A DNA stretch of 64,000 nucleotides, from the NCBI GenBank assembly GCA_965208615.1, contig CBDBPB010000006.1, positions 220,854 through 284,853 of the forward strand. Reading direction: 5' to 3'. The stretch is from Spirochaetota bacterium. GTDB taxonomy: Bacteria > Spirochaetota > UBA6919 > CBDBPB01. A program made the translations under genes and the position numbers. The stretch's first letter is position 1. The number at the start of each line of letters is the position of its first letter. Below the pieces are notes generated by a model that saw only the letters and a list, made by a program, of their open reading frames with translations, had not been told where the DNA came from and did not search any database. Below, piece after piece: positions 19,789-29,364 of the stretch.

Positions 19789-20451
19789 ATGTCTAATAAA
19801 ACATTAAACTTATCTGAAAACCTTTATGACTACTTACTTAATGTATCCCTTAGAGAGCCTGATATCCTTAGAGAACTACGTCATAAAACTAAGGCTTATC
19901 CAGAGTTTAATATGCAGATCTCTCCCGAACAAGGACAGTTTTTATCACTACTAATTAAATTGATTAATGCCAAAAAGATTATTGAAATTGGTGTATTTAC
20001 CGGTTATAGCTCTTTGTATATGGCTTTAGCTCTATCTAAAAACGCTAAACTCATTGCATGCGACATTAACGAAAACTGGACTAATATTGCAAAGACTTAT
20101 TGGAAAAGAGCTGGAGTACTTAATAAAATAGATTTACGTTTAGCTCCGGCACTTAACACCCTAAATAGCCTTATCGCCGATGGACAAACTGAACAATATG
20201 ATTTTATATTTATAGATGCCGATAAAACTAGTTATAATGACTACTATGAAAAGTCGCTTCTGTTATTAAGAAATAATGGCTTAATTGCTATTGATAATAC
20301 CCTTTGGGACGGCAAAGTAATTGACTTAGCTTGTGATGACCCTGATACAAAAGCCATTAGAGCCTTTAATCAAAAACTTTTGCTCGATGAACGTATTAGT
20401 TTAAGCCTTTTGCCTATAGCAGATGGCTTGACCCTTGCACTAAAAAAGTAA
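19789..20451 (+). CDS. SAM-dependent O-methyltransferase (CCoAOMT/Methyltransf_3 family)
   Basis: MQISPEQGQFL, EIGVFTGYS, FIDADK, DNTLW.G, DGLT. Confidence 0.92.
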   Translation: MSNKTLNLSENLYDYLLNVSLREPDILRELRHKTKAYPEFNMQISPEQGQFLSLLIKLINAKKIIEIGVFTGYSSLYMALALSKNAKLIACDINENWTNIAKTYWKRAGVLNKIDLRLAPALNTLNSLIADGQTEQYDFIFIDADKTSYNDYYEKSLLLLRNNGLIAIDNTLWDGKVIDLACDDPDTKAIRAFNQKLLLDERISLSLLPIADGLTLALKK

Positions 20452-20527
20452 TAAATTAGTCCTCATTAAATATTTTTGCGATATTTTTATTATTTTAGCA
20501 TAGTAAGATTTTAATTGTTAAAACTGA

Positions 20528-20556
20528 TTGACGTTAAAGTTTAAATATAGTACACT
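20528..20556 (+). promoter_or_regulatory. Sigma70-type promoter of korAB
   Basis: TTGACG-N17-TACACT; AGGAGG RBS at 20681-20686. Confidence 0.65.
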
Positions 20557-20691
20557 TTATTTATTTTTTATAAAGCAATAAATGTTGGAACAAAGTATAT
20601 ATAAATTATACTTTAGTATATAAATCCAATAATATTATAAATTTCAGGTAACACATAGTTAAAATGTATTTATTGATTTAAGGAGGAATTA

Positions 20692-22425
20692 ATGTCTATT
20701 GATTTAACTTTAAAAATTGGTGGTGAAGGCGGTGAAGGTGTTATTAGCTCAGGCGACTTCTTAATGCAGGCCGCAGCTATTGCAGGTATGGAGGTTATTA
20801 CCTTTAAGAGCTTCCCATCTGAGATAAAAGGCGGTTATGCCCTTGCTCAACTCAGAGTTTCTGATAAGCATATTTTATCCCAAGGTGATGGATTTAATAT
20901 TCTGGTGGCTTTCAATGGAGAGGCTTATGCTGTCAACAGAGATCTATTAAAACCTGGTACTGTACTGGTTTATGATAGCGGTGAAGAGGCTGACTTTGAA
21001 CCTGACGATATAGAAGGGGTTACAATGTACCCTATTCCTATGAGCCATATAGCAAAGCGAAAACTTAAAAATTATATCACTAAAAATATGGTCGCTTTGG
21101 GTGCAGTATCTGAGCTATTCAAAATACCTATTGATAGCTTAAAAGAATCTGTTAACAAAAAGTTCAAAAGAAAAGGTGAAGCTGTCGTTAAAATGAATTA
21201 CGATGCTCTTGAGGCTGGCTCAAACTACGTTAAGGATAATCTTAAGAAAACCGATTCCTATTTATTCCCAAAAGCTCGTCCTAAAAAAGATGTGCTAATT
21301 ATAGAAGGTAATCAGGCGGTAGCCTTGGGTGCCGCTATGGCTGGATGTACTTATTATGGTGCATATCCTATTACCCCTGCTACTACTGTTGGAAATTACT
21401 TATCCGAACTAATACTCGGTTTAGGTGGATACGTTTATCAGTCCGAAGATGAAATATCGGCTATAGGAACCTGCTTGGGAGCTTCATTTGCCGGTGCAAA
21501 GTGTTTGAGTGCAACTTCTGGCCCTGGACTATCCCTTATGATGGAACTCATAGGCTTAGGAGTTATGGCTGAAATACCTCTAGTTATTGTGGATGTTCAA
21601 AGAGGGGGACCTAGTACTGGTATGCCTACTAAACATGATCAAGCAGATTTATTTCAAGCTATATATGGCTCGCATGGTGATTCTCCAAAGATTGTTTTAG
21701 CTCCGGCTAATGTAGAGGAGAATCTTTATTTAACTATAGAGGCTTTTAATTTAGCTGAGAAATATCAAACTCCTGTTATCTTATTGACTGATGCCTCATT
21801 AGCCCTTAGGGTTGAGGCTATTAAGAGACCTGATATGTCTAAGATAAAGGTTATTGATAGAGAGTTAGCCAAGAGTGGGAATGGTGAGTTTAAGCGTTAC
21901 TTGGATACACAAAATGGTATTTCGCCTATGGGTATACCTGGACTAAAGGGTTCTGCCTATGCGGCTACTGGATTGGAGCATGCTGAGAACTCAGGTCCTA
22001 GAACTAACCCAGAAACCAGAACTGCAATGACAGAAAAAAGATGGCGTAAGTTTGATAATTTAGAAGATAACTGGTTACCTGTTAAACGATTAGGTGATGA
22101 TGATGCTGAAGTTGGTATTATATCATGGGGTTTAACTCAAGCTATTGCTCATGAAGCTTTTGACAGAGTTAGGGCTAAGGGACAAAAGGTAGCTATGTTA
22201 TTGCCAAAGATGCTATATCCTTTACCTGTTAAGGCTATTACAGAGTTTTTTAGGTCTGTTAAGAAGGTATTAATACCAGAGGCTAATTTTCAGGGTCAAT
22301 TAGCTAATGTTATACGATCATACGTTGATATTGGTGATACCAAGATTATTCAGCAAAATGTTTATAGAGGTGAGCCGTTTATACCAAAAGAAATAGAGGA
22401 TAAGTTAGACGAGCTTTGCCGTTAA
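20692..22425 (+). CDS. korA: 2-oxoglutarate:ferredoxin oxidoreductase alpha subunit
   Basis: GGEGGEGV, FPSEIKGG, YPITPAT, EDEI, ATSGPG, QRGGPSTGMPT; fused gamma-alpha architecture. Confidence 0.9.
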   Translation: MSIDLTLKIGGEGGEGVISSGDFLMQAAAIAGMEVITFKSFPSEIKGGYALAQLRVSDKHILSQGDGFNILVAFNGEAYAVNRDLLKPGTVLVYDSGEEADFEPDDIEGVTMYPIPMSHIAKRKLKNYITKNMVALGAVSELFKIPIDSLKESVNKKFKRKGEAVVKMNYDALEAGSNYVKDNLKKTDSYLFPKARPKKDVLIIEGNQAVALGAAMAGCTYYGAYPITPATTVGNYLSELILGLGGYVYQSEDEISAIGTCLGASFAGAKCLSATSGPGLSLMMELIGLGVMAEIPLVIVDVQRGGPSTGMPTKHDQADLFQAIYGSHGDSPKIVLAPANVEENLYLTIEAFNLAEKYQTPVILLTDASLALRVEAIKRPDMSKIKVIDRELAKSGNGEFKRYLDTQNGISPMGIPGLKGSAYAATGLEHAENSGPRTNPETRTAMTEKRWRKFDNLEDNWLPVKRLGDDDAEVGIISWGLTQAIAHEAFDRVRAKGQKVAMLLPKMLYPLPVKAITEFFRSVKKVLIPEANFQGQLANVIRSYVDIGDTKIIQQNVYRGEPFIPKEIEDKLDELCR

Positions 22426-22449
22426 TTTTATATATAAAGGAGTTTAATT

Positions 22450-23358
22450 ATGATAACTATAGATACTCAAGTAAAGCCAAAGGAATATAGAAGTAATATT
22501 GAGCCTACATGGTGTAGTGGATGCGGGGACTTTGGTGTAGTTAACGCTATTACTAGAATAATGAGTGAGTTAAAACTTGACCCTGATCATGTTGTTGCCA
22601 CATCTGGCATTGGATGTTCTAGTAGACTGCCATTATGGTTAAAAAACTTTGGTTTTCATTCTGCGCATGGTCGTGCCTTACCTGTGGCTATCGGTGCTAA
22701 GATTGTTAATCCTGAATTAACTATTTTTGTAACTAGTGGTGATGGTGATATGTTTTCTATTGGCTCTGGTCATGTCCCTCATGCGGCAAGACGTAACTTT
22801 AACATGAATATATTATGTCTGGATAACAACTTATACGCTTTAACTAAAAACCAAACCTCTCCTACTAGTAGAGAAGGTAAAAGAGGTAGTCTTAATCCTT
22901 ATGGTAATATTGATGTCCCTATGAATATTATTGAGCTTATGATAACTTATGGAGCTACTTTTGTTGCTCAGAGTTACACAGGTAATATGAAGCACACTAC
23001 TGAGATGATAAGGCAGGCAACTATCCATAAAGGGTTTTCTTTTGTTAATCTTTTATCTCCTTGTCCAACTTGGAATCACGAAGAGACTTTTAAGTATTAC
23101 AAGCCACGGGTTATAGATATTAACGAGGAATATAAATATGATAATTTATCTAATAGGATGAAGGCTTTAGAGTTGGCGGATACATCAGTAGCACATTATA
23201 CTGACCCCAGTGCTAAAGTTCCTGTTGGTATATTTTATCAGGCTGAAAAGCTTACTTTTGAGGCTAAACTTGAAATGTTAAAAGAACGTTATAAAAAACG
23301 TTATGGCTCTACTAATAAACCTGATTGGGATAAGGTGTTTGACCAATACTCTGCTTAA
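22450..23358 (+). CDS. korB: 2-oxoglutarate:ferredoxin oxidoreductase beta subunit
   Basis: WCSGCG, SGIGCSS, HGRA, TPP motif GDGD...DNN.Y, SPCPT. Confidence 0.9.
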   Translation: MITIDTQVKPKEYRSNIEPTWCSGCGDFGVVNAITRIMSELKLDPDHVVATSGIGCSSRLPLWLKNFGFHSAHGRALPVAIGAKIVNPELTIFVTSGDGDMFSIGSGHVPHAARRNFNMNILCLDNNLYALTKNQTSPTSREGKRGSLNPYGNIDVPMNIIELMITYGATFVAQSYTGNMKHTTEMIRQATIHKGFSFVNLLSPCPTWNHEETFKYYKPRVIDINEEYKYDNLSNRMKALELADTSVAHYTDPSAKVPVGIFYQAEKLTFEAKLEMLKERYKKRYGSTNKPDWDKVFDQYSA

Positions 23359-23362
23359 GTAA

Positions 23363-23393
23363 ATGTATAGGGGGTATAAAACCCTCTATATAT
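23363..23393 (+). terminator. Intercistronic stem-loop after korB (no U-tract; stabiliser or partial terminator)
   Basis: ATGTATAGGGGGT-ATAAA-ACCCTCTATATAT, a 13-bp stem with 2 G-U pairs. Confidence 0.5.
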
Positions 23394-23406
23394 GAGGTTT
23401 AATGTT

Positions 23407-24039
23407 ATGGGAAAGCTAACTAGAGAAAAAGTTTTAGATTATATTAAAGATGGTAAAAGCTTAGCTGATCAGGACCTATCTTGGCTTGATTTAAGTGGAC
23501 TTGATTTAAGTGGAGTTGATTTAAGTGATTCTACTCTGACTTGTGCAAACCTAAGTGAAACTAATCTAAGCAATGCTATTTTAGAGCATACTTTTTTACC
23601 TGAGGTTAATGGATCTGATGCTATTTTTCATAAAGCTAATTTAAAGGGAGCATCCTTTCAAAGGGCAAAGTTATTTAATGCCGATTTTACCAAGGCTGAC
23701 ATTAGTGATAGTTTATTTTTAGTTTCGTGGTTAAAAGGTGCAAAGTTTAACGGGGTTACTGCTATTAGAGTTAACTTTACGGATTCTCAGGCAGAAGAGG
23801 TTGATTTTACTGGGGCTAATCTTAGTTACTCAGTTTTTAGGGGGGCTAATTTGCGAAAGGCTATATTTCATGATGTAAACTTTTCTTTTACTGATATGAG
23901 AAAGGTACAATTAAACTATGCCACTTTCAAAAATTATAAGGCTGATAATGTTATTTTCTATGGTAAAAAGCCATGGGATGGTTCTAGCGATACAACAACT
24001 GACTTTAACTCAAAGTTACCTCGCTTTGAAATAGATTAA
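23407..24039 (+). CDS. Pentapeptide repeat protein
   Basis: Long run of (A/L)(D/N)(L/F)xx repeats; ATG 23407 has a GAGG RBS (the ORF extends to 23392). Confidence 0.92.
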   Translation: MGKLTREKVLDYIKDGKSLADQDLSWLDLSGLDLSGVDLSDSTLTCANLSETNLSNAILEHTFLPEVNGSDAIFHKANLKGASFQRAKLFNADFTKADISDSLFLVSWLKGAKFNGVTAIRVNFTDSQAEEVDFTGANLSYSVFRGANLRKAIFHDVNFSFTDMRKVQLNYATFKNYKADNVIFYGKKPWDGSSDTTTDFNSKLPRFEID

Positions 24040-24073
24040 CACAAAACTGTATATACCTATAATTTGTTATAAG

Positions 24074-25150
24074 TTATCTAATTCCTCGAACAATTAGATC
24101 ACCCATTTCTGAACAACTAACACTATTCATATCACTATTTGCAACGTCCTTAGTTGCGTATCCTTCTTCTAATACCTTTTCTACAGCGTTAAATACGTCA
24201 TCATGAGCTTCATTAAGGTTAAAGCTATATTTTAGCATCATAGCCATAGATAGTATTTGAGCAATAGGATTAGCAATTCCTTTACCAGCTATATCAGGTG
24301 CTGATCCGCCTACGGGTTCATAAAGACCAAAGCCCTTTTCTGATAGTGATGCACTTGGTAACATGCCAATAGAACCAGTCAACATAGCAGACTCATCACT
24401 AAGTATATCACCAAACATATTACCACAAAGGAGAACATCAAAATGCTTTGGATTAGAAACTAACTTCATAGATGCCGCATCCACATACATAGACTCAAAA
24501 ACAACCTCTGGATATTCTTTACTAACCTCAGTAGCAACTTCTCTCCACAAAACCATAGTGGTTAAAACATTGGCCTTATCTATTGACGTAACCTTTTTAT
24601 TCCTTTTCATAGCGGCCTTAAAAGCAACATGGGCAATTCGTTTAATCTCAGCCTTTGTATATACCATAGTGTCATAAGCCTTTTCAGAGTCACCAATACC
24701 CTCACGCCCTTTTGGTTGACCAAAATATATACCACCTGTTAGCTCTCTTATTACCAATATATCAAAACCATTGCCCACAATGTCCGGTCTTAAAAATGAT
24801 GATGAAACCAAAGGTTTAAATACAATAGCTGGTCTAAAGTTTGCATATAAATCAAATATCTTTCTAAGAGGTAAAAGAGCCGCTCTTTCCGGCTGTAGTT
24901 CAGGTGATAGAGACTCCCACTTTGGCCCGCCTACTGAGCCAAAAAGAATAGCATTACTATTTTTACAAATATCAATAGTTATATCCGGAAGAGCCTTTCC
25001 ATGATTATCAATAGCAATACCACCTACATCAGCGTAACTCTTTTCAAACTTAATGTTATATTTAGCTTCTATCTTCTCTAGAACTTTAATTGCCTCAGTC
25101 ATTACCTCAGTACCAATGCCATCACCAGCTAAAACAGCTATCTTTTTCAT
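24074..25150 (-). CDS. leuB: 3-isopropylmalate dehydrogenase
   Basis: [51 protein letters not shown]. Confidence 0.96.
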   Translation of the reverse strand: MKKIAVLAGDGIGTEVMTEAIKVLEKIEAKYNIKFEKSYADVGGIAIDNHGKALPDITIDICKNSNAILFGSVGGPKWESLSPELQPERAALLPLRKIFDLYANFRPAIVFKPLVSSSFLRPDIVGNGFDILVIRELTGGIYFGQPKGREGIGDSEKAYDTMVYTKAEIKRIAHVAFKAAMKRNKKVTSIDKANVLTTMVLWREVATEVSKEYPEVVFESMYVDAASMKLVSNPKHFDVLLCGNMFGDILSDESAMLTGSIGMLPSASLSEKGFGLYEPVGGSAPDIAGKGIANPIAQILSMAMMLKYSFNLNEAHDDVFNAVEKVLEEGYATKDVANSDMNSVSCSEMGDLIVRGIR

Positions 25151-25188
25151 AATAGTTCCTTTTATTTAACTCGATTAAATATATTTAT

Positions 25189-25818
25189 TTAACTAATATC
25201 CTTTATGAACTTAAGAAAATATATATCCCTTCCCATATTTCGCCATTTTTCTTCATATAGTGATATTTCATAATCTTCAAAGTGGTTAAGGTATCTTGTT
25301 TGAAAAGCATTTTTAAAACCATTATGCTTTTCAAGAAGATCTAATATCTCAAAAAAATAGGGTTTATGATCAGATGCAGCAATAAAATATCCATCTTTTT
25401 TGAGTTTATTATTTAGCAGTAGCAAAAAATCATTATTAACAATTCTATTCTTTCTATGCCTTCTTTTCGGCCATGGATCAGGAAAGTTAAGATAACACGC
25501 CTCAATAGAGTTATCAGCTATATACTCTAATAAAGCTTTACCATAACCATTAAAAAAAATAACATTAGTAGAACAGCATTTTTTAACTTTATAAATACTT
25601 TTAATTATTCGCTTAGTTGACTTATCTATGCCAATAAAGTTTATTTTTGGATTACTTTTAGCCCTTGCATTTATAAAATGCCCATTCCCACAGCCAATCT
25701 CTATATGAAGGGGATTGCTATTGTTAAAATAGGCTGTAAAGTCGACTAGTTGTTCTGTTGGCTTAATTAGATAAGGTAACTCACTGTCCGCTAAGCCTAT
25801 AGAAGATAACTTTAGCAT
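25189..25818 (-). CDS. trmB: tRNA (guanine-N7)-methyltransferase
   Basis: EIGCGNG, FPDPWPKRRH..R, SDH..Y, YEEKW...G. Confidence 0.93.
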   Translation of the reverse strand: MLKLSSIGLADSELPYLIKPTEQLVDFTAYFNNSNPLHIEIGCGNGHFINARAKSNPKINFIGIDKSTKRIIKSIYKVKKCCSTNVIFFNGYGKALLEYIADNSIEACYLNFPDPWPKRRHRKNRIVNNDFLLLLNNKLKKDGYFIAASDHKPYFFEILDLLEKHNGFKNAFQTRYLNHFEDYEISLYEEKWRNMGRDIYFLKFIKDIS

Positions 25819-25837
25819 AATAAATAGTTAGGCATAT

Positions 25838-27472
25838 TTAACTTTTACCTTTTCTTATAAAATAAACTATAGCCCCTATAACTACAATAGAAAAGGGTAT
25901 TATTAGTATAGAAAAATAAAAAACAAGTCCTTTATTTTGCTCAGTTAATACAATAGCTCGCTGTTTTCTCTCTTTAGGACGTATAGTAATCTTTTTTTCC
26001 TGTTTTGCAAGCCAATTAACAGAATTAATAAAAAGATCACGCCCAGTTTCAAAAGATGTAGCATTATTTTTAACAAAGTCTGAATCACCTATAATAACAA
26101 CTCTATTTTCAGTTTTTTTATCCAGTTTTTTAACAATAGTTAAACCAAAAGTTATAGGTCCTTTTAAATCTTTACCTTCATCAAACTGACCAGTCTCAGA
26201 CTCATTATTCCCTTTTTCACCCCATCCTTTATCAGTAGTTTGTAAAATAGGAGTTATTATAGTATCAGCTGGAGGTTTTCCATATAAAAGAGGAGCCGAA
26301 TATAAAAACAATATAGGCAATCTTTTTTCTTTCAACAAATTAACTATTTTATGACTTCCATATTGTCCCACATGATAAAAAAACCTGCCAAAAAGATCGG
26401 GTACAATTGCCTCTTTAGAGTCTAATACTACTGCAGAACTAATTTTTATATTCCACTCTGATAATAAAGAATCAAGACCATGATTAACGTTTTGCAACTT
26501 TGGATCTATTAAAATAAATAAATTACCACCTTGTTTTAGGTATGAGGATATCTTCTTAATTTCTGCCTCATAAAAAGGATGAGTTGGCCTTGATATAATT
26601 AGAACCTTAGAATCTTTGGGTATATCAGAGGTCAAAATATTAATATCTTTAATTATATAGTTTTCTAATTCAATAGCATTTTTTATTTTATTATAGCCAT
26701 CACCCTTTGGACTATTAAAACTATGTTCACCGTGTCCAGTAGTTGAATATATAATAGGTTGTTTGCCCTCGTTTATGGTGTATATAGCACTGGTAAGCTT
26801 GCTCTCACCCTGATACTCAATCTTAGGACGCCTCGTTCTTGGATTAAATGCACCTTTTTTATAAAGATCGGCTGCTAAAATAGTAACGTATTTAGCTTTA
26901 TTAGGCTTTTCTATAACCATTGCACCAAGCCCCTCTCCTGTAAGGGGGATATTATACTTCTTAAATATCCTAGGGTTTTTAAGGGAGTCTAAATACACAA
27001 TTTTAATATTACTGTTTTCAGCAGTATAAGTTTTTAAAAGGTTTGCAGTCTCTCCATTACGGCTATCAAACTGAGTTTTTGTACTCATTATCTTAATTAT
27101 TATAGGAGACTTAACCTGTTTTAATAAGTTTATTGACTGTTCTGATAATGTGTATATTTTCTCTTGTGTAAGATCAATTTGTTTTGGATAGGCTTTTAGT
27201 ATAAAGTATAAAGTTATTAAAATACTGCTAACAATTATTATAGTTAGAATTGATGTTAAGGCCTTTCGTATACCCTTTTTCTTAGTTAAAGCGTTTATAA
27301 TATTATGAAAGTTAAAAACAATATAGGCTATTATGCTTATGACACCAAGACTTAAGAAAATGTAAAAAATCATACTGGTGTCAGAGTAGTAATTATAAAA
27401 TACTCCAGAAAAAATAATAAATATAATACCTAAAAAACCCATAAATTTACTATATTCCTTTTTACGATTCAC
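25838..27472 (-). CDS. GldG-like ABC transporter auxiliary component
   Basis: Three N-terminal TMs; DLT....YTLS, GHGE, YL..GG, IGDSDF, NSVNWL; C-terminal TM. Confidence 0.88.
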   Translation of the reverse strand: MNRKKEYSKFMGFLGIIFIIFSGVFYNYYSDTSMIFYIFLSLGVISIIAYIVFNFHNIINALTKKKGIRKALTSILTIIIVSSILITLYFILKAYPKQIDLTQEKIYTLSEQSINLLKQVKSPIIIKIMSTKTQFDSRNGETANLLKTYTAENSNIKIVYLDSLKNPRIFKKYNIPLTGEGLGAMVIEKPNKAKYVTILAADLYKKGAFNPRTRRPKIEYQGESKLTSAIYTINEGKQPIIYSTTGHGEHSFNSPKGDGYNKIKNAIELENYIIKDINILTSDIPKDSKVLIISRPTHPFYEAEIKKISSYLKQGGNLFILIDPKLQNVNHGLDSLLSEWNIKISSAVVLDSKEAIVPDLFGRFFYHVGQYGSHKIVNLLKEKRLPILFLYSAPLLYGKPPADTIITPILQTTDKGWGEKGNNESETGQFDEGKDLKGPITFGLTIVKKLDKKTENRVVIIGDSDFVKNNATSFETGRDLFINSVNWLAKQEKKITIRPKERKQRAIVLTEQNKGLVFYFSILIIPFSIVVIGAIVYFIRKGKS

Positions 27473-27481
27473 TTAATCCTC

Positions 27482-28192
27482 CTATTTCCACACATGGGAC
27501 TCAACAGCTTTATTTGCTAATAATAACGAAATACAGATCCAACAAGTATAAAAAATAATATTCTCTATATTTAATATTCCCCTATGAAAGTCAATATACC
27601 TTGATAATAATGATAGCTCACCCAATATCTTTGATAGAAAGCCAGATGAACGAGCAAATTGATCCGCTAATAAAAAAAATAAAGAAACACCAAAGCTAAT
27701 AACTCCAGCAATAACCTGACTACTGGTTAATGAAGATGCAAAAACTCCAATAGATATTAAACTACCACCAAATAGTAATAAACCAGTATATGCACTAAAA
27801 ACCACTCCATAATCAGGTCCTACTGTACTATAAACCTCCATAATAACAACATAAGCTAAGGTTATTGATAGGATTATTGCATATAACAAAAAGCTAGATA
27901 AAAACTTTCCAATAACTACTTCTAAAGTCGATATTGGAGAGGTTAAAAGTAGTTCAATAGTACCACTTTTTTTTTCTTCAGATATTAACTTTATAGTCAT
28001 AATAGGACAGATAAACAATGCCAAAAGTATAAAATTAATAAGATAGCCAATACCTGCAATCGAGTTTGTATAAATAAACGAAATAAAAAAATAGCCGCTT
28101 AATATCAAAAAAATAAAAGCTAATACATAAGCTAAAGGAGATACAAAATATGACCTAAGTTCTCGTTTAGCAATAATATATATGTTTTTCAT
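27482..28192 (-). CDS. GldF-like ABC transporter permease
   Basis: KRELRSYFVSPLAY; EEKKSGTIELLLTSP...GKF. Confidence 0.9.
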   Translation of the reverse strand: MKNIYIIAKRELRSYFVSPLAYVLAFIFLILSGYFFISFIYTNSIAGIGYLINFILLALFICPIMTIKLISEEKKSGTIELLLTSPISTLEVVIGKFLSSFLLYAIILSITLAYVVIMEVYSTVGPDYGVVFSAYTGLLLFGGSLISIGVFASSLTSSQVIAGVISFGVSLFFLLADQFARSSGFLSKILGELSLLSRYIDFHRGILNIENIIFYTCWICISLLLANKAVESHVWK

Positions 28193-28257
28193 AACCTTAT
28201 TCTCCGTTAAACAGATATAGATAAGTTATTTAATAATAAGCTATAAACAAAAGTCAG

Positions 28258-29169
28258 CTATTGTATTAAGTTAATAAAGAGTTCTTCTAGCGTTGTTTTA
28301 GTTCTTTTTAGCTCTAGAAGATCAATATTATTATTAACAATTTCCTTAGCTAAATTAGCTCTAATATCACTATCCTTTTGACACTCTACTTCTATTCCAT
28401 TATGCTTATTAACATTTACATTTATAACTCCATCAATACCCTTAATTATATTTATAGCTTTATCATTATCGCTAACTTTAATATTAACAATATGCTCCTT
28501 AGATATACTTGATAAAAGCTCAGACTCAGTACCATTGGCAACAATCTTACCATCAGATAAAATGATAATCCTTTGGCATACCTGACTAACCTCGCTAAGA
28601 ATATGACTACTTAAAATAATAGTTCTATTTTCTTTTAGCTTATTTATTAAATCACGAATCTCAATAATTTGTGCTGGATCAAGACCAACAGTAGGTTCAT
28701 CAAGAATAAGTACTTTAGGATCATGGATTAAACTTTGTGCAAGTCCAACTCTTTGTTTATAGCCTTTTGATAAAGTGGATATAATAGAGTTTAACTTATC
28801 CTCAATTTTAGTTGCCGTTAATACATAGCCTAATCTGTCATTAATATTCTTTTTATTAACTCCCCTAATTTTGGCCATGAATACAAGATACTCTTTAACA
28901 GTCATCTCAGGGTATAAAGGAGAGTTTTCTGGTAAATAACCCAACATTTCTTTAACTTCTTTGGGATTATTAAATATATTATACCCTCCAACCTCAACAT
29001 CACCATAACTCGCCTGGAGAAAGCCAGTAATAATCCTCATCAGAGTGGTCTTTCCTGCACCATTAGGACCTAATAATCCAATAATCTCTCCACTATCAAT
29101 ATTAAAGGATAGGTTGTTCAATGCACAAAAACTACCATAGTTTTTTATTAAACTCTCAACTTTAATCAT
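28258..29169 (-). CDS. GldA-like ABC transporter ATP-binding protein
   Basis: GPNGAGKTT, LSKGYKQRVGLAQ, LDEPTVGLDP, SSHILSEV. Confidence 0.94.
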   Translation of the reverse strand: MIKVESLIKNYGSFCALNNLSFNIDSGEIIGLLGPNGAGKTTLMRIITGFLQASYGDVEVGGYNIFNNPKEVKEMLGYLPENSPLYPEMTVKEYLVFMAKIRGVNKKNINDRLGYVLTATKIEDKLNSIISTLSKGYKQRVGLAQSLIHDPKVLILDEPTVGLDPAQIIEIRDLINKLKENRTIILSSHILSEVSQVCQRIIILSDGKIVANGTESELLSSISKEHIVNIKVSDNDKAINIIKGIDGVINVNVNKHNGIEVECQKDSDIRANLAKEIVNNNIDLLELKRTKTTLEELFINLIQ

Positions 29170-29239
29170 AAAATATTCCCGCTTAAGCTTATTAACCCAT
29201 TGTATATTAAAAAGTTATTATACACTAAATTAAAATCCT

Positions 29240-29268
29240 AAGATAACAAGTTATAAAAACTTTGTCAA
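29240..29268 (-). promoter_or_regulatory. Sigma70-type promoter (extended -10) of the Gld-like ABC operon
   Basis: TTGACA-N17-TATCTT with TG one base upstream of the -10. Confidence 0.55.
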
Positions 29269-29364
29269 CCCTCAACAAAAATAATATACTATTACCGATT
29301 GACTTGATATATTTGCTTTATAGGGTTTTGTTTAAAAAAACTATAAAATAATAATAGACAAATT

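Noticed and set aside
25838-29169. GldA/F/G-like genes as evidence of gliding motility
   Set aside because: This ABC family is widespread in non-gliding bacteria, and no T9SS or gldK-N genes are present here.
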